A stretch of 64,000 bases of DNA from an uncultured bacterium. GTDB lineage: Bacteria; Oederibacteriota; Oederibacteriia; Oederibacteriales; Oederibacteriaceae. The notes beneath the pieces are model-generated. The model did no database searches. It was given only the letters and a program-made list of their open reading frames with translations, and had not been told where the DNA came from. A program made the position numbers and the translations under genes. Every line of letters starts with the position of its first letter. The stretch's first letter is position 1. Below, in pieces: positions 18,516-27,630 of the stretch. The stretch covers positions 2,016,001-2,080,000 of the forward strand of contig OZ218778.1 in assembly GCA_965112635.1 (NCBI GenBank), given 5' to 3'.

Positions 18516-19547
18516 ATGCTGGCAGCGGTGTTAAAGGATTTCAATAAACTAGTGGTAGAAGAAGTTCCTATGCCGGAGCCCGGAATGGGTGAGGTGATAA
18601 TAAAGATCAAATCCTGCGGCATTTGCGCCACGGACTATAAAGCAGTAAAGGGCATCCGGAAAAACGTGACCTTCCCGTTCATTCCCGGGCATGAACCCTC
18701 AGGAGTAGTGTCCGCTATCGGTCCAGGGGTCAGCGGTTTCAAAACAGGGGACGCGGTGATCGTACAGCCTTCCGGTTACTGTGGACAATGCAAGAATTGC
18801 CGCGAGGGCAAACAGCACTACTGCGAAAACGCTTTTACCACAGGCGGGGACGGGCCCGCGGATGTGAGGCCGGGAGCTTTTGCCGAGTATATGAAAACCC
18901 AGGCCTCCAGCCTTTTTCCCAAGCCTGCCAGTATTTCTTTTGATGCCGCTTCTTTGACAGAACCTCTTTCCGGCTCCTGGAAGGGAGTCATTCAATACAG
19001 CGAGATGCAGGTGGGCGACAATGTGGTGGTCATCGGGGTCGGGAGTATTGGTCTTCTTTGCATGATGGTAGCCAGGGCGGCCGGAGCCGGCACCCTGATC
19101 GCGGTGGACACGAGCGATTACGCCCTGAACAACGCTATGAAATTAGGTGCGACCCATGTTGTTAATCCAAAGAAAGAAGACCCCAAAAAAAGAGTGTATC
19201 AGATCATACCGGAAGGCCCGGACCTGGTAGTGGAAGCCGCAGGGCCGATCCAGGCAGTAAAATTGATGGTGGACCTGAGGCGGCGCGGCACCAGATGGAA
19301 CGTTTTCGGCATCACCACTCCGGAAAAGTTCGAGCTGGAAGGCGGTTTGACGCATTTTCTGGAAGGACGCATGGACGCCAGCTTCGGCACCAACCCCCTG
19401 GCCATGTCCAAAGCCATCCGGTTGATGGAAAAGAACCTCGTGAACACCGAGCAGATCATCTCCCACCGCTTTCCTCTGTCCAAAATTAATGAAGCGATGG
19501 ATATCATGTCCACCCCAGACCACAACAAGATCATCATCAACCCATGA
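18516..19547 (+). CDS. Zn-dependent alcohol/polyol dehydrogenase
   Basis: CGICATD, GHE, CGQCKNC...C, GVGSIG. Confidence 0.93.
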   Translation: MLAAVLKDFNKLVVEEVPMPEPGMGEVIIKIKSCGICATDYKAVKGIRKNVTFPFIPGHEPSGVVSAIGPGVSGFKTGDAVIVQPSGYCGQCKNCREGKQHYCENAFTTGGDGPADVRPGAFAEYMKTQASSLFPKPASISFDAASLTEPLSGSWKGVIQYSEMQVGDNVVVIGVGSIGLLCMMVARAAGAGTLIAVDTSDYALNNAMKLGATHVVNPKKEDPKKRVYQIIPEGPDLVVEAAGPIQAVKLMVDLRRRGTRWNVFGITTPEKFELEGGLTHFLEGRMDASFGTNPLAMSKAIRLMEKNLVNTEQIISHRFPLSKINEAMDIMSTPDHNKIIINP

Positions 19548-20516
19548 AAGCCTTTGTCAACACCGCTCCCCATAAATTGGAACTCCGGGAAATTCCTTTG
19601 CCCCAGCCGGGACCAGGCCAGGTGCGCATCCGTACCGGAGCCTGCGGTATCTGTGCCACAGACTTGCTGATGATCGCGGGCTGGGAGCGCACTGGGTTCC
19701 CCTGCATACCCGGACACGAATGGTCTGGGACCTGTGGACAGCCTGGGGCCGGGCGTGGACCCTAAATATCTGGGCCAGCGCTGCGTGGCCTACAATGTCC
19801 TGAAAGACGGCGGGGAAGTGGGCTTCGAGCACCCGGGAGGATACGCCGAGTTTTTCCTCACCGAGGCGGGAAACCTTCAGGTGCTAGCCGGGGACTTTCC
19901 CCTGAGCCGGGCGGCCCTGATCGAACCCCTGGCCGTGTGTGTGCGGGGGATGAAGCGCCTGGGAATGAGGGACAAAAGTTCCTGCCTCGTGTTCGGGGAC
20001 GGGCCCATAGGTTTTTTGATGCTCATGCTGCTGAAACGCCAGGGGCTGAAAAATGTCTGCCTGGTGGGCGGTCGCAGGGAAAGGCTGGAACTGGCCGGAG
20101 AACTCGGGGCCGGGCAAACCCTGAACTACCATGAGTTAAAAGGAGACCTGGCCAGGGAGATCAACAAGCGCTGCGGGGCGCGGTTTGCCAATGTCATAGA
20201 GTCTTCTGGTTCGGCGGCGGCCTTAAAAGCAAGCATAGAACTTGTCCAAACCGCAGGCAAGATACTGGTGATAGGCGATTACGGGACCAGTTGCGCCGAT
20301 TTTCCCTGGAACGACCTGCTGCACCAGGAAATGGAACTCATCGGCAGCAACGCCAGTGCCGGAGCGTGGCCAGAGGCGGTCTCCCTGGCCACGGCCAACA
20401 CACTCAGCTTGGACCGCTTGATCACCCACAAGCTACCCGCTTCCCAATGGCTGGAAGCAGTGGAACTAGTGCGCGGTAAAAGGGAAAACGTATTCAAAGT
20501 GGTCTTGGAGTGGTGA
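19544..20516 (+). pseudogene. Second Zn-dependent dehydrogenase with a frameshift at about 19733
   Basis: GHEWSGT and VDSLGPGV join in frame if T19733 is removed; GDGPIG. Confidence 0.8.
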
Positions 20517-20570
20517 AGATCAATGAAACAGCGGGAAAAACCGGCCCGCGGGCCTGGATCTTTTGGTTAC

Positions 20571-20752
20571 TTGACAAAAATAAGGGCGTTTTGTAAAGTA
20601 GCCCAACTACTGCCGTAGTTCTCAAAAAGCATTCAGCCAGCTATGCTGGCTGACCAAAGGAGTCCCCATACGGGGACTGAAAAGAGTAACCTCCTTTGGA
20701 ATCCTCTCGGAAAGGAAGCTGGTTATTGTAATAGCGCTTATGCGCTACCCCG
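20571..20752 (+). promoter_or_regulatory. Sigma70 promoter and structured leader of the yceD-rpmF-plsX-fab operon
   Basis: TTGACA-17-TAAAGT followed by five hairpins. Confidence 0.55.
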
Positions 20753-21229
20753 ATGAGAATAAATATAGCGTTGCTCAGTGCTGAACCAAAGGAATTTAAT
20801 AACGTAGAAACAGCGGATACGCTGCACTGGTCCGATCCTGAGGCCAGTTTGGCCGGCCCCGTGGCCGTGAATCTGCAAGTTTGGAAAAAGGACCCCAAAA
20901 CCTATATCGTTTCAGGGGGAGCCAAGGGCAAGGTCGAGCTTGTGTGCAGCCGCTGCGCCGAGACTTATACCACCGAGGTCAAAAGCGACCTGGACCTGGA
21001 ATTCCGCCAGGGCACGGAAAAGAAATTGACCGGAGATGTCGAGGTCACCGAAGAGCTGGCCAAAAGATGCTTTTTCGAGGGGGCGTTTTTTGACCCGGCA
21101 GAAGATATCAGGCAAAGCCTGGTGTTGGGCCTGCCGATGAAGCCTTTGTGCAAGGTAGATTGCAAAGGATTGTGCCAGAAGTGCAGGAAAAATCTGAATA
21201 CCGGCCAATGCCGGTGCAGCAAGGCTTAA
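20753..21229 (+). CDS. yceD: YceD/DUF177 protein
   Basis: CSRC, LPMKPLCKVDCKGLCQKC; upstream of rpmF. Confidence 0.9.
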   Translation: MRINIALLSAEPKEFNNVETADTLHWSDPEASLAGPVAVNLQVWKKDPKTYIVSGGAKGKVELVCSRCAETYTTEVKSDLDLEFRQGTEKKLTGDVEVTEELAKRCFFEGAFFDPAEDIRQSLVLGLPMKPLCKVDCKGLCQKCRKNLNTGQCRCSKA

Positions 21230-21252
21230 TTTAAAATAGAAGAGGAGCAGTC

Positions 21253-21423
21253 ATGGCAAACCCAAAGCGTCGTCATTCCAGGACCCGCAGAGATAAAAGA
21301 AGGGCGAATTGGAAGCTTGTCCCGCCGCAACTTTCGCTCTGTCCCCAGTGCCACGAGCCTAAGATGCCACACGTTATGTGCAAGAACTGTGGCTATTACA
21401 ACGGGAAACAGGTCATATCCTAA
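21253..21423 (+). CDS. rpmF: 50S ribosomal protein L32 (56 aa, absent from the ORF track)
   Basis: MANPKRRHSRTRRDKRRANW...CPQC...PHVMCKNCGYY. Confidence 0.96.
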   Translation: MANPKRRHSRTRRDKRRANWKLVPPQLSLCPQCHEPKMPHVMCKNCGYYNGKQVIS

Positions 21424-21446
21424 GCCAACCCAAGGAGGCTTTTATT

Positions 21447-22484
21447 CTGCCAGCCCAGTCTAAAGGCAGTCTAACCATTGCCTTGGATGCCATGGGAGGG
21501 GATAACTCGCCATCGGTCGAGGTCCAAGGAGCCGTGGAAGCGGTCAAGGAATTTCCCGGCCTTCACATCCTGCTGGTCGGCCAGGAAGAGGCGGTCAGAA
21601 AAGAGGTCCTCAGGCACCACGCCAGCCATCTTCCGCTTTCCATTGTTCCCGCGAGCGAAGTCATCTCCATGTCCGAATCGCCTATGGCCGCCATCAAAAC
21701 AAAAAAGAACTCGTCCCTGGTCGTCACCGCCAACCTGGCCAAGGCCCATAAAGCCGAAGCCATGGTCTCGGCGGGCAACACCGGAGCCACCATGGCGGCA
21801 GCCCTGATGTCCCTGGGCAGGATCAAGGGGGTCAGCAGGCCGGCCATTGCCACGCCCATGCCGTCTTTGGACGGCGGCAGCGTGTTCCTGGATGCCGGAG
21901 CCAACGTGGATTGCAAGCCGCCCTATCTGCTGGAATTCGCCGTGATGGGCAACATCTACGCCAGGGAGATCCTGAAAAAAGCCAATCCCCGGGTGGGGCT
22001 CCTCAATATCGGCGAAGAGCGGGGCAAGGGCAATCTCCTGGTGCAGGAGGCTTTACCTCTGTTCGAAAAGGCGTCGTTCAACTTCATCGGCAACGTGGAA
22101 GGCCGGGATATCATCAACGGGAAATGCGATGTCATCGTATGCGACGGTTTTATCGGCAATGTGGTCCTAAAATTCGGGGAGGGTCTGGCCAAGATCATCT
22201 TCGATGAGATCCGCAAAGGAATCATGTCCAATGTGTTCACCAAACTGGGCGGACTGCTGGTCAGGCCGGCTTTTAAAAACCTGAGGAAGAAAATGGACTA
22301 CAGCGAGTACGGCGGGGCGCCCCTCTTGGGCGTCAACGGCATCTGCATCATTTGCCACGGCAGTTCGTCTCCCAAGGCGATCAAGAACGCGTTGCGGGTC
22401 GCTTCGGAGTTCGTGCGCCACCACGTCAACGACCACATCAGAGAAGACATCAAGAGGTTAGAGGAAAGTCCTGCCCATGGCTGA
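21447..22484 (+). CDS. plsX: Phosphate acyltransferase
   Basis: IALDAMGGD, SAGNTGA, GGAPLLG; probable CTG (or ATT) start after AAGGAGG. Confidence 0.95.
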   Translation: MPAQSKGSLTIALDAMGGDNSPSVEVQGAVEAVKEFPGLHILLVGQEEAVRKEVLRHHASHLPLSIVPASEVISMSESPMAAIKTKKNSSLVVTANLAKAHKAEAMVSAGNTGATMAAALMSLGRIKGVSRPAIATPMPSLDGGSVFLDAGANVDCKPPYLLEFAVMGNIYAREILKKANPRVGLLNIGEERGKGNLLVQEALPLFEKASFNFIGNVEGRDIINGKCDVIVCDGFIGNVVLKFGEGLAKIIFDEIRKGIMSNVFTKLGGLLVRPAFKNLRKKMDYSEYGGAPLLGVNGICIICHGSSSPKAIKNALRVASEFVRHHVNDHIREDIKRLEESPAHG

Positions 22485-23487
22485 GAAAATCATTGCCGGC
22501 ATTACAGGCATCGGGAGCTACGTCCCCAAAAAAGTTTTGACCAATGCTGACCTAGAAAAGATCGTAGATACCACCGATGAATGGATCAAAACCAGGACCG
22601 GTATTGAGGAGCGGCACATTGCCGACAAGGATGAGGCAACTTCTGATATGGCCGTCAAGGCGGCCCATCTGGCTTTAAAGGACGCAAAGGTCAGCGCCGC
22701 TGACCTGGACCTCATCATCGTGGCTACTGTCACTCCGGACAACCTGTTTCCTCCGACTGCCTGCTTAGTCCAGCACCAGATCAAAGCCACCAAGGCCGCT
22801 GCTTTTGACCTGGAGGCAGCTTGCCCTGGTTTTGTGTACGGTCTGACCATAGCAACCCAGTTTATTCAGGCGGGTTTTTATAAAACAATACTCATTATAG
22901 GGGCAGAGAAGCTTTCCGCTATCACCAACTGGAAAGACAGATCTACCTGCGTGCTGCTGGGGGATGGAGCCGGAGCAGTGGTGGTCCAAGCTGTTGCGGG
23001 AAACAACGGTATCCTGTCCTGCTATCTGGCGGCGGACGGGGCAGGGGGGGAGTTTTTGCAGATGCCTGGGGGGGGCTCCCGCCATCCCGCCACGGTGGAA
23101 ACTGTTGAGAAGGGTATGCATTTTCTGCAAATGAACGGCAGGGAAGTTTACAAAATGGCCGCCAAGGTGATGGTGGAGGGAATCCATTCAGTAGTGCAAA
23201 GAGGCGGATATGCCATCGGCGACCTGCAATGGATATTTCCCCACCAAGCCAATATACGTATCATAGAAGCCCTAGCCGAAAAAATAGATATTCCTAAAGA
23301 GCGCATTTATATCAATATCCAAAAATACGGCAATACTTCCGCGGCCTCGATCCCATTGGCCTTAGATGAAGCCTACCAACAAGGCAAACTTAAACCCGGC
23401 GATTTGATCACTCTGGTTTCCTTTGGCAGCGGTTTTGTCTGGGGAGCCGTATTGCTGCGCTGGTGCAAGCCAGTTCATCGGTCCTAA
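22477..23487 (+). CDS. fabH: Beta-ketoacyl-ACP synthase III
   Basis: AACPGF, PHQAN, GNTSAAS. Confidence 0.96.
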   Translation: MAEKIIAGITGIGSYVPKKVLTNADLEKIVDTTDEWIKTRTGIEERHIADKDEATSDMAVKAAHLALKDAKVSAADLDLIIVATVTPDNLFPPTACLVQHQIKATKAAAFDLEAACPGFVYGLTIATQFIQAGFYKTILIIGAEKLSAITNWKDRSTCVLLGDGAGAVVVQAVAGNNGILSCYLAADGAGGEFLQMPGGGSRHPATVETVEKGMHFLQMNGREVYKMAAKVMVEGIHSVVQRGGYAIGDLQWIFPHQANIRIIEALAEKIDIPKERIYINIQKYGNTSAASIPLALDEAYQQGKLKPGDLITLVSFGSGFVWGAVLLRWCKPVHRS

Positions 23488-23500
23488 TCTGGAGGAGAAT

Positions 23501-24427
23501 CTGAAAACCGCCTTTATTTTTCCGGGACAGGGCTCCCAGTATGTGGGGATGGGCAAAACCTTTTATGACAACTCCAGCGAAGCCCGTTCCTGCTTCGAGC
23601 AGGCCGATAAGATCCTGGGTTTTTCTCTAAGCGCCTTGTGCTTCCAGGGGCCGGAAGAACAGCTGCGCCAGACCGAGAACGCCCAGCCGGCTTTATTCGT
23701 GGTGTCAGCCATTGCCACCTTACTCCTCAAGGCCAAAGGAATCAAACCCGACCTGGTGGCCGGACACAGTCTTGGGGAGTGTACGGCTTTGTGGGCAGCC
23801 GGGGCGTTTGATTTTGAGCAGGGTGTGCGGCTGGTCAGGAAAAGAGGCTCCATCATGGCTGAGGCAGGAAAGAAAAATCCCGGGTCCATGGCCGCTATTC
23901 TGGGATTAGACTCCCAAGCCGTCGCTGACCTTTGCCGGGAATGCTCGGATGCCGGGATCGTTGAGCCGGCCAATTATAACTGCCCGGGCCAAGTCGTTAT
24001 TTCCGGTCATAAACAGGCAGTGGCAAAGGCAATGGAAAAGGCCAAAGAAAAAGGCGCGGCCAAGGTCGTTGCTCTGGCGGTCAGCGGAGCTTTCCATTCA
24101 AAATTGCTGGAGGAAGCATCCGAAGAATTCGGCGAATTTCTTGGGACTTTTCCTTTTCAAGCTCCCAATGTTGGAGTTGTTTCCAATGCCAGGGCTGATT
24201 TTGTCAGGACCCCGGAGGCTATCCGGCAGGCCCTGAAAGAACAACTAAAATCGACGGTCCGCTGGGAAGAATGCGTCAAAAAGCTTAAAGAAAACGGGGT
24301 CGACCAGTTCTTCGAGGCTGGCGCGGGAAAGGTCCTGACAGGCTTACTAAAAAGGATAGATAAGGCCTCGAAATGCTATTATATTGGCGAATGGGAAGAC
24401 TTGGCTGATTTGGGAGCGAGACCTTAG
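23501..24427 (+). CDS. fabD: Malonyl-CoA:ACP transacylase
   Basis: FPGQGSQ, GHSLGE, AFHS; CTG start after GGAGG. Confidence 0.95.
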   Translation: MKTAFIFPGQGSQYVGMGKTFYDNSSEARSCFEQADKILGFSLSALCFQGPEEQLRQTENAQPALFVVSAIATLLLKAKGIKPDLVAGHSLGECTALWAAGAFDFEQGVRLVRKRGSIMAEAGKKNPGSMAAILGLDSQAVADLCRECSDAGIVEPANYNCPGQVVISGHKQAVAKAMEKAKEKGAAKVVALAVSGAFHSKLLEEASEEFGEFLGTFPFQAPNVGVVSNARADFVRTPEAIRQALKEQLKSTVRWEECVKKLKENGVDQFFEAGAGKVLTGLLKRIDKASKCYYIGEWEDLADLGARP

Positions 24428-24446
24428 CAGGAGAGAGGAGTTAGTG

Positions 24447-25181
24447 ATGAAATTGGAGAACAAAGTTGCTTTGGTGACTGGCGCGTCCAGGGGTATTGGC
24501 AAGGCTATCAGTCTGGCCTTGGCTAAAGAGGGCGCGGATTTGGCCCTTATCGATCTGGGCAATATGGACGAGGTCGCCCAGGAAGTCACGGCTTTGGGCC
24601 GACAGGTTTTTTGTTTCCAGGCCGACATAAGCCAGGAAGAACAAGTAAAATCAGCTGTAGATGCTATACTTGACAAATTAAAACGCGTGGATATACTCAT
24701 AAACAATGCGGGGGTCACCAGGGACAATTTGCTCCTGCGTATGAGCGTGGAAGAATGGGAAACTGTAATAAATATCAACCTTAAAGGGGCTTTTCTCTGC
24801 ACCAAGGCGGTTTCCCGGGTAATGCTCAAACAAAAAAGCGGTAGGATCGTCAATATTGCCTCGGTCATCGGTCTGATGGGCAATGCAGGCCAGGCTAATT
24901 ATGCCGCTTCCAAAGCCGGCTTGATAGGTTTTACCAAATCTTGCGCTAAAGAGCTGGCGTCCAGACAAATTACAGTAAACGCGATCGCTCCGGGTTTTAT
25001 TGAGACCCAGATGACCAAAGGTATGTCCGAAGACGTGAGAAAAGCCTTGTTGGAGCTTATTCCTCAAAAGCGCCTGGGGCAGCCGGAGGACGTGGCTAAA
25101 GCAGTTGTTTTTCTGGCTTCCGATGACGCGGCGTATATTACTGGTGAAGTGGTCAGGGTAGACGGCGGAATGGTGATGTAA
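24447..25181 (+). CDS. fabG: 3-oxoacyl-ACP reductase
   Basis: TGASRGIG, NNAG, YAASK. Confidence 0.96.
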   Translation: MKLENKVALVTGASRGIGKAISLALAKEGADLALIDLGNMDEVAQEVTALGRQVFCFQADISQEEQVKSAVDAILDKLKRVDILINNAGVTRDNLLLRMSVEEWETVININLKGAFLCTKAVSRVMLKQKSGRIVNIASVIGLMGNAGQANYAASKAGLIGFTKSCAKELASRQITVNAIAPGFIETQMTKGMSEDVRKALLELIPQKRLGQPEDVAKAVVFLASDDAAYITGEVVRVDGGMVM

Positions 25182-25239
25182 GGGTTCGAGCTACAAAGAA
25201 CGGTGCCAAATTTGATGATGAAAGCGAGGGGCAATAAAG

Positions 25240-25479
25240 ATGGCCGTTGAAGATAAAGTAAAAGAAATCATAATCGATCAGCTGGGGGTTGCCGCCAACG
25301 AGGTCACTCCTGAGGCTTCTTTTGTTGACGATCTGGGGGCGGATTCCCTGGATACCGTGGAGCTGGTCATGGCTCTGGAAGAGGAGTTTGACCTGGAGAT
25401 CCCGGACGAAGAAGCTGAAAAAATCAAAACCGTCGGAGAGGCGATTGACTATATCAAAAAGCACTCCGCGGCTTCGTAA
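25240..25479 (+). CDS. acpP: Acyl carrier protein
   Basis: [20 protein letters not shown]. Confidence 0.97.
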   Translation: MAVEDKVKEIIIDQLGVAANEVTPEASFVDDLGADSLDTVELVMALEEEFDLEIPDEEAEKIKTVGEAIDYIKKHSAAS

Positions 25480-25506
25480 GAAGTTGTTTCGCTTAGGATG
25501 AAAAAT

Positions 25507-25540
25507 CGGGGCTAAAGGTTTTAGCCCCGTTTTTTTATTT
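25507..25540 (+). terminator. Intrinsic terminator after acpP
   Basis: CGGGGCTAAA-GGT-TTTAGCCCCG plus T tract. Confidence 0.85.
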
Positions 25541-25589
25541 ATGGACAAAATTGTTCAGAAGATCCCATGGAAAAAAGTGAGCTGAGGAA

Positions 25590-26837
25590 ATGAACCAAAA
25601 TATCAGAGTCGTGGTGACCGGCCTGGGGGCGATAACGCCCGTCGGCAATGATGTCCAGTCCTTCTGGGAGGGCATCTGCGAGGGAAAGAGCGGAGTGGGG
25701 AAGATCACCCTTTTTGATTCCACGAAGTTTGATTGCCACATCGCAGCAGAGGTCAAAGGGTTCAATCCCGAAAACTTCATGGAAAAGAAAGAGGCGCGCC
25801 GGTTCGACAGGTTCATCCAGTTCGCCCTGGCTGCTTCTCAGATGGCGGTAGATGACGCCAAGTTGAATATGACCCAGGAGGATGCGCACCGGGTCGGAGT
25901 GCTGCTTGGATCGGGTATCGGCGGCATCAAATACTTCGAAGACCAGTGCAAGGTCCTGTTTGAAAAAGGACCGAGCAGGATCAGCCCCTTCTTGATCCCC
26001 ATGCTGATCGTCAATATGGCCTCGGGTTTGGTCTCTATACGGGTAGGCGCAAAAGGAGCCAATCTGGCCGTGGCTACGGCCTGCGCTTCGGCATCCCATG
26101 CCATCGGGGTCTCCTATGATATTTTGAAAAAAGGAGATGTTCAGGTCATGATCACCGGAGGTTCGGAAGCGGCGATCTGCCAGGTCGGCATCGGCGGATT
26201 TTGCGCGATGGGTGCCTTGTCTCTTAGGAACGACGCTCCCGAGAAGGCCAGCCGGCCCTTTGAAAAGAACAGGGATGGTTTTGTGATGGGCGAAGGCGCC
26301 GGGATCGTAGTGCTGGAAACTTTAGACCACGCGGTCAAAAGAGGAGCCAAGATCTACGCGGAAGTGGTGGGATTTGGCATGAGCGGAGACGCCTATCATA
26401 TGACCGCCCCGAGCGAAGACGGAGAGGGCGCGATCCATTGCATGCAGATGGCGATGAAAGAAGCAAGAGTATCCCCGGCCCAAGTCCAGTATATCAATGC
26501 CCATGGGACTTCCACGCTCTTGAATGACAAGATCGAGACCCTGGCGATCAAAAAGATCTTTGCGGAACAGGCCGGGCAGGTAGCGGTCAGCTCGACGAAA
26601 TCCACTACCGGGCACCTGCTGGGTGCCTCTGGCGGTGTCGAATTTATCGCCTCGGTCCTTGCTATCACGCATGGCGTCCTTCCTCCGACTGTGAACTACG
26701 AGGAAAAGGACCCCGATTGCGACCTGGATTATGTTCCCAATAAGGCAAGAAAAAAGGACGTCGAGATGGCGCTATCCAACTCTTTTGGTTTTGGTGGTCA
26801 TAATGTTACCCTCGCTGTTAAAAAATATAGGGTTTAA
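25590..26837 (+). CDS. fabF: Beta-ketoacyl-ACP synthase II
   Basis: TACAS, NAHGTST, GHLLGA, NSFGFGG. Confidence 0.96.
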   Translation: MNQNIRVVVTGLGAITPVGNDVQSFWEGICEGKSGVGKITLFDSTKFDCHIAAEVKGFNPENFMEKKEARRFDRFIQFALAASQMAVDDAKLNMTQEDAHRVGVLLGSGIGGIKYFEDQCKVLFEKGPSRISPFLIPMLIVNMASGLVSIRVGAKGANLAVATACASASHAIGVSYDILKKGDVQVMITGGSEAAICQVGIGGFCAMGALSLRNDAPEKASRPFEKNRDGFVMGEGAGIVVLETLDHAVKRGAKIYAEVVGFGMSGDAYHMTAPSEDGEGAIHCMQMAMKEARVSPAQVQYINAHGTSTLLNDKIETLAIKKIFAEQAGQVAVSSTKSTTGHLLGASGGVEFIASVLAITHGVLPPTVNYEEKDPDCDLDYVPNKARKKDVEMALSNSFGFGGHNVTLAVKKYRV

Positions 26838-27612
26838 AAGAAGCCAGTCCTCGGTCAGCCCAGAGAGGAAGAAGGTCCTTCTGGAGCTCAAAAAAAAGCT
26901 GGGCCTGAATATCAAAGACCTGGACCTTCTGGAAAAATCTTTCAGGCATTCTTCTTATGTCCATGAGAAAAAGATGCCCGGGACCTCCAACGAGACCCTG
27001 GAGTTCTTTGGGGATTCTGTCCTAGGGCTGGTCGTCAGTGAATATCTGTATAAAAACTTTCCGACCCTGACCGAAGGTGACCTGTCCCAATTGAAATCTG
27101 TGGTCGTCAGCGCCGCAATCCTGGCCAAAAAAGCGAGGGAAATGGAGCTGGGAAAGTATTTGTTGCTGGGTAAAGGGGAGGAGCAAAGCGGGGCCAGGGA
27201 AAGGGGAACCTTGCTGGCGGACACCCTGGAAGCTTTGATTGGAGCGTTGTACCTGGACGGCGAATTGAAGGCGGTCCGGCCGTTCATACTGCAGCAATTC
27301 TCCAAGGAGATCGAAAAAGTTTACGGCGAGGGCCAATGGCAGGATTATAAAAGTTTGCTGCAGGAGATGAGTCAGCGTAAGTGGCGGGTCCCGCCCTACT
27401 ACCATGTCATTGCCGCTCACGGCCCTGACCACGACAAGACTTTCGTGGTGCGTGTTTCCATCCGGGATAAAGTGTTCGGGGTCGGCCGGGGTAAAAGCAA
27501 AAAAGAAGCGGAACAGATCGCGGCCCGGAAAGCTTTGGGCCATATAAAAATGGACAGCCATGAGCCGGCCAAAGGGACTGCACCCAGGCCCACAGGGAAT
27601 CACAATCCATGA
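26803..27612 (+). CDS. rnc: Ribonuclease III
   Basis: NETLEFFGDSVL, ADTLEALIGA, dsRBD; start uncertain. Confidence 0.94.
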   Translation: MLPSLLKNIGFKRSQSSVSPERKKVLLELKKKLGLNIKDLDLLEKSFRHSSYVHEKKMPGTSNETLEFFGDSVLGLVVSEYLYKNFPTLTEGDLSQLKSVVVSAAILAKKAREMELGKYLLLGKGEEQSGARERGTLLADTLEALIGALYLDGELKAVRPFILQQFSKEIEKVYGEGQWQDYKSLLQEMSQRKWRVPPYYHVIAAHGPDHDKTFVVRVSIRDKVFGVGRGKSKKEAEQIAARKALGHIKMDSHEPAKGTAPRPTGNHNP

Positions 27613-27630
27613 GGAAGGGAGCTAAGGCCA

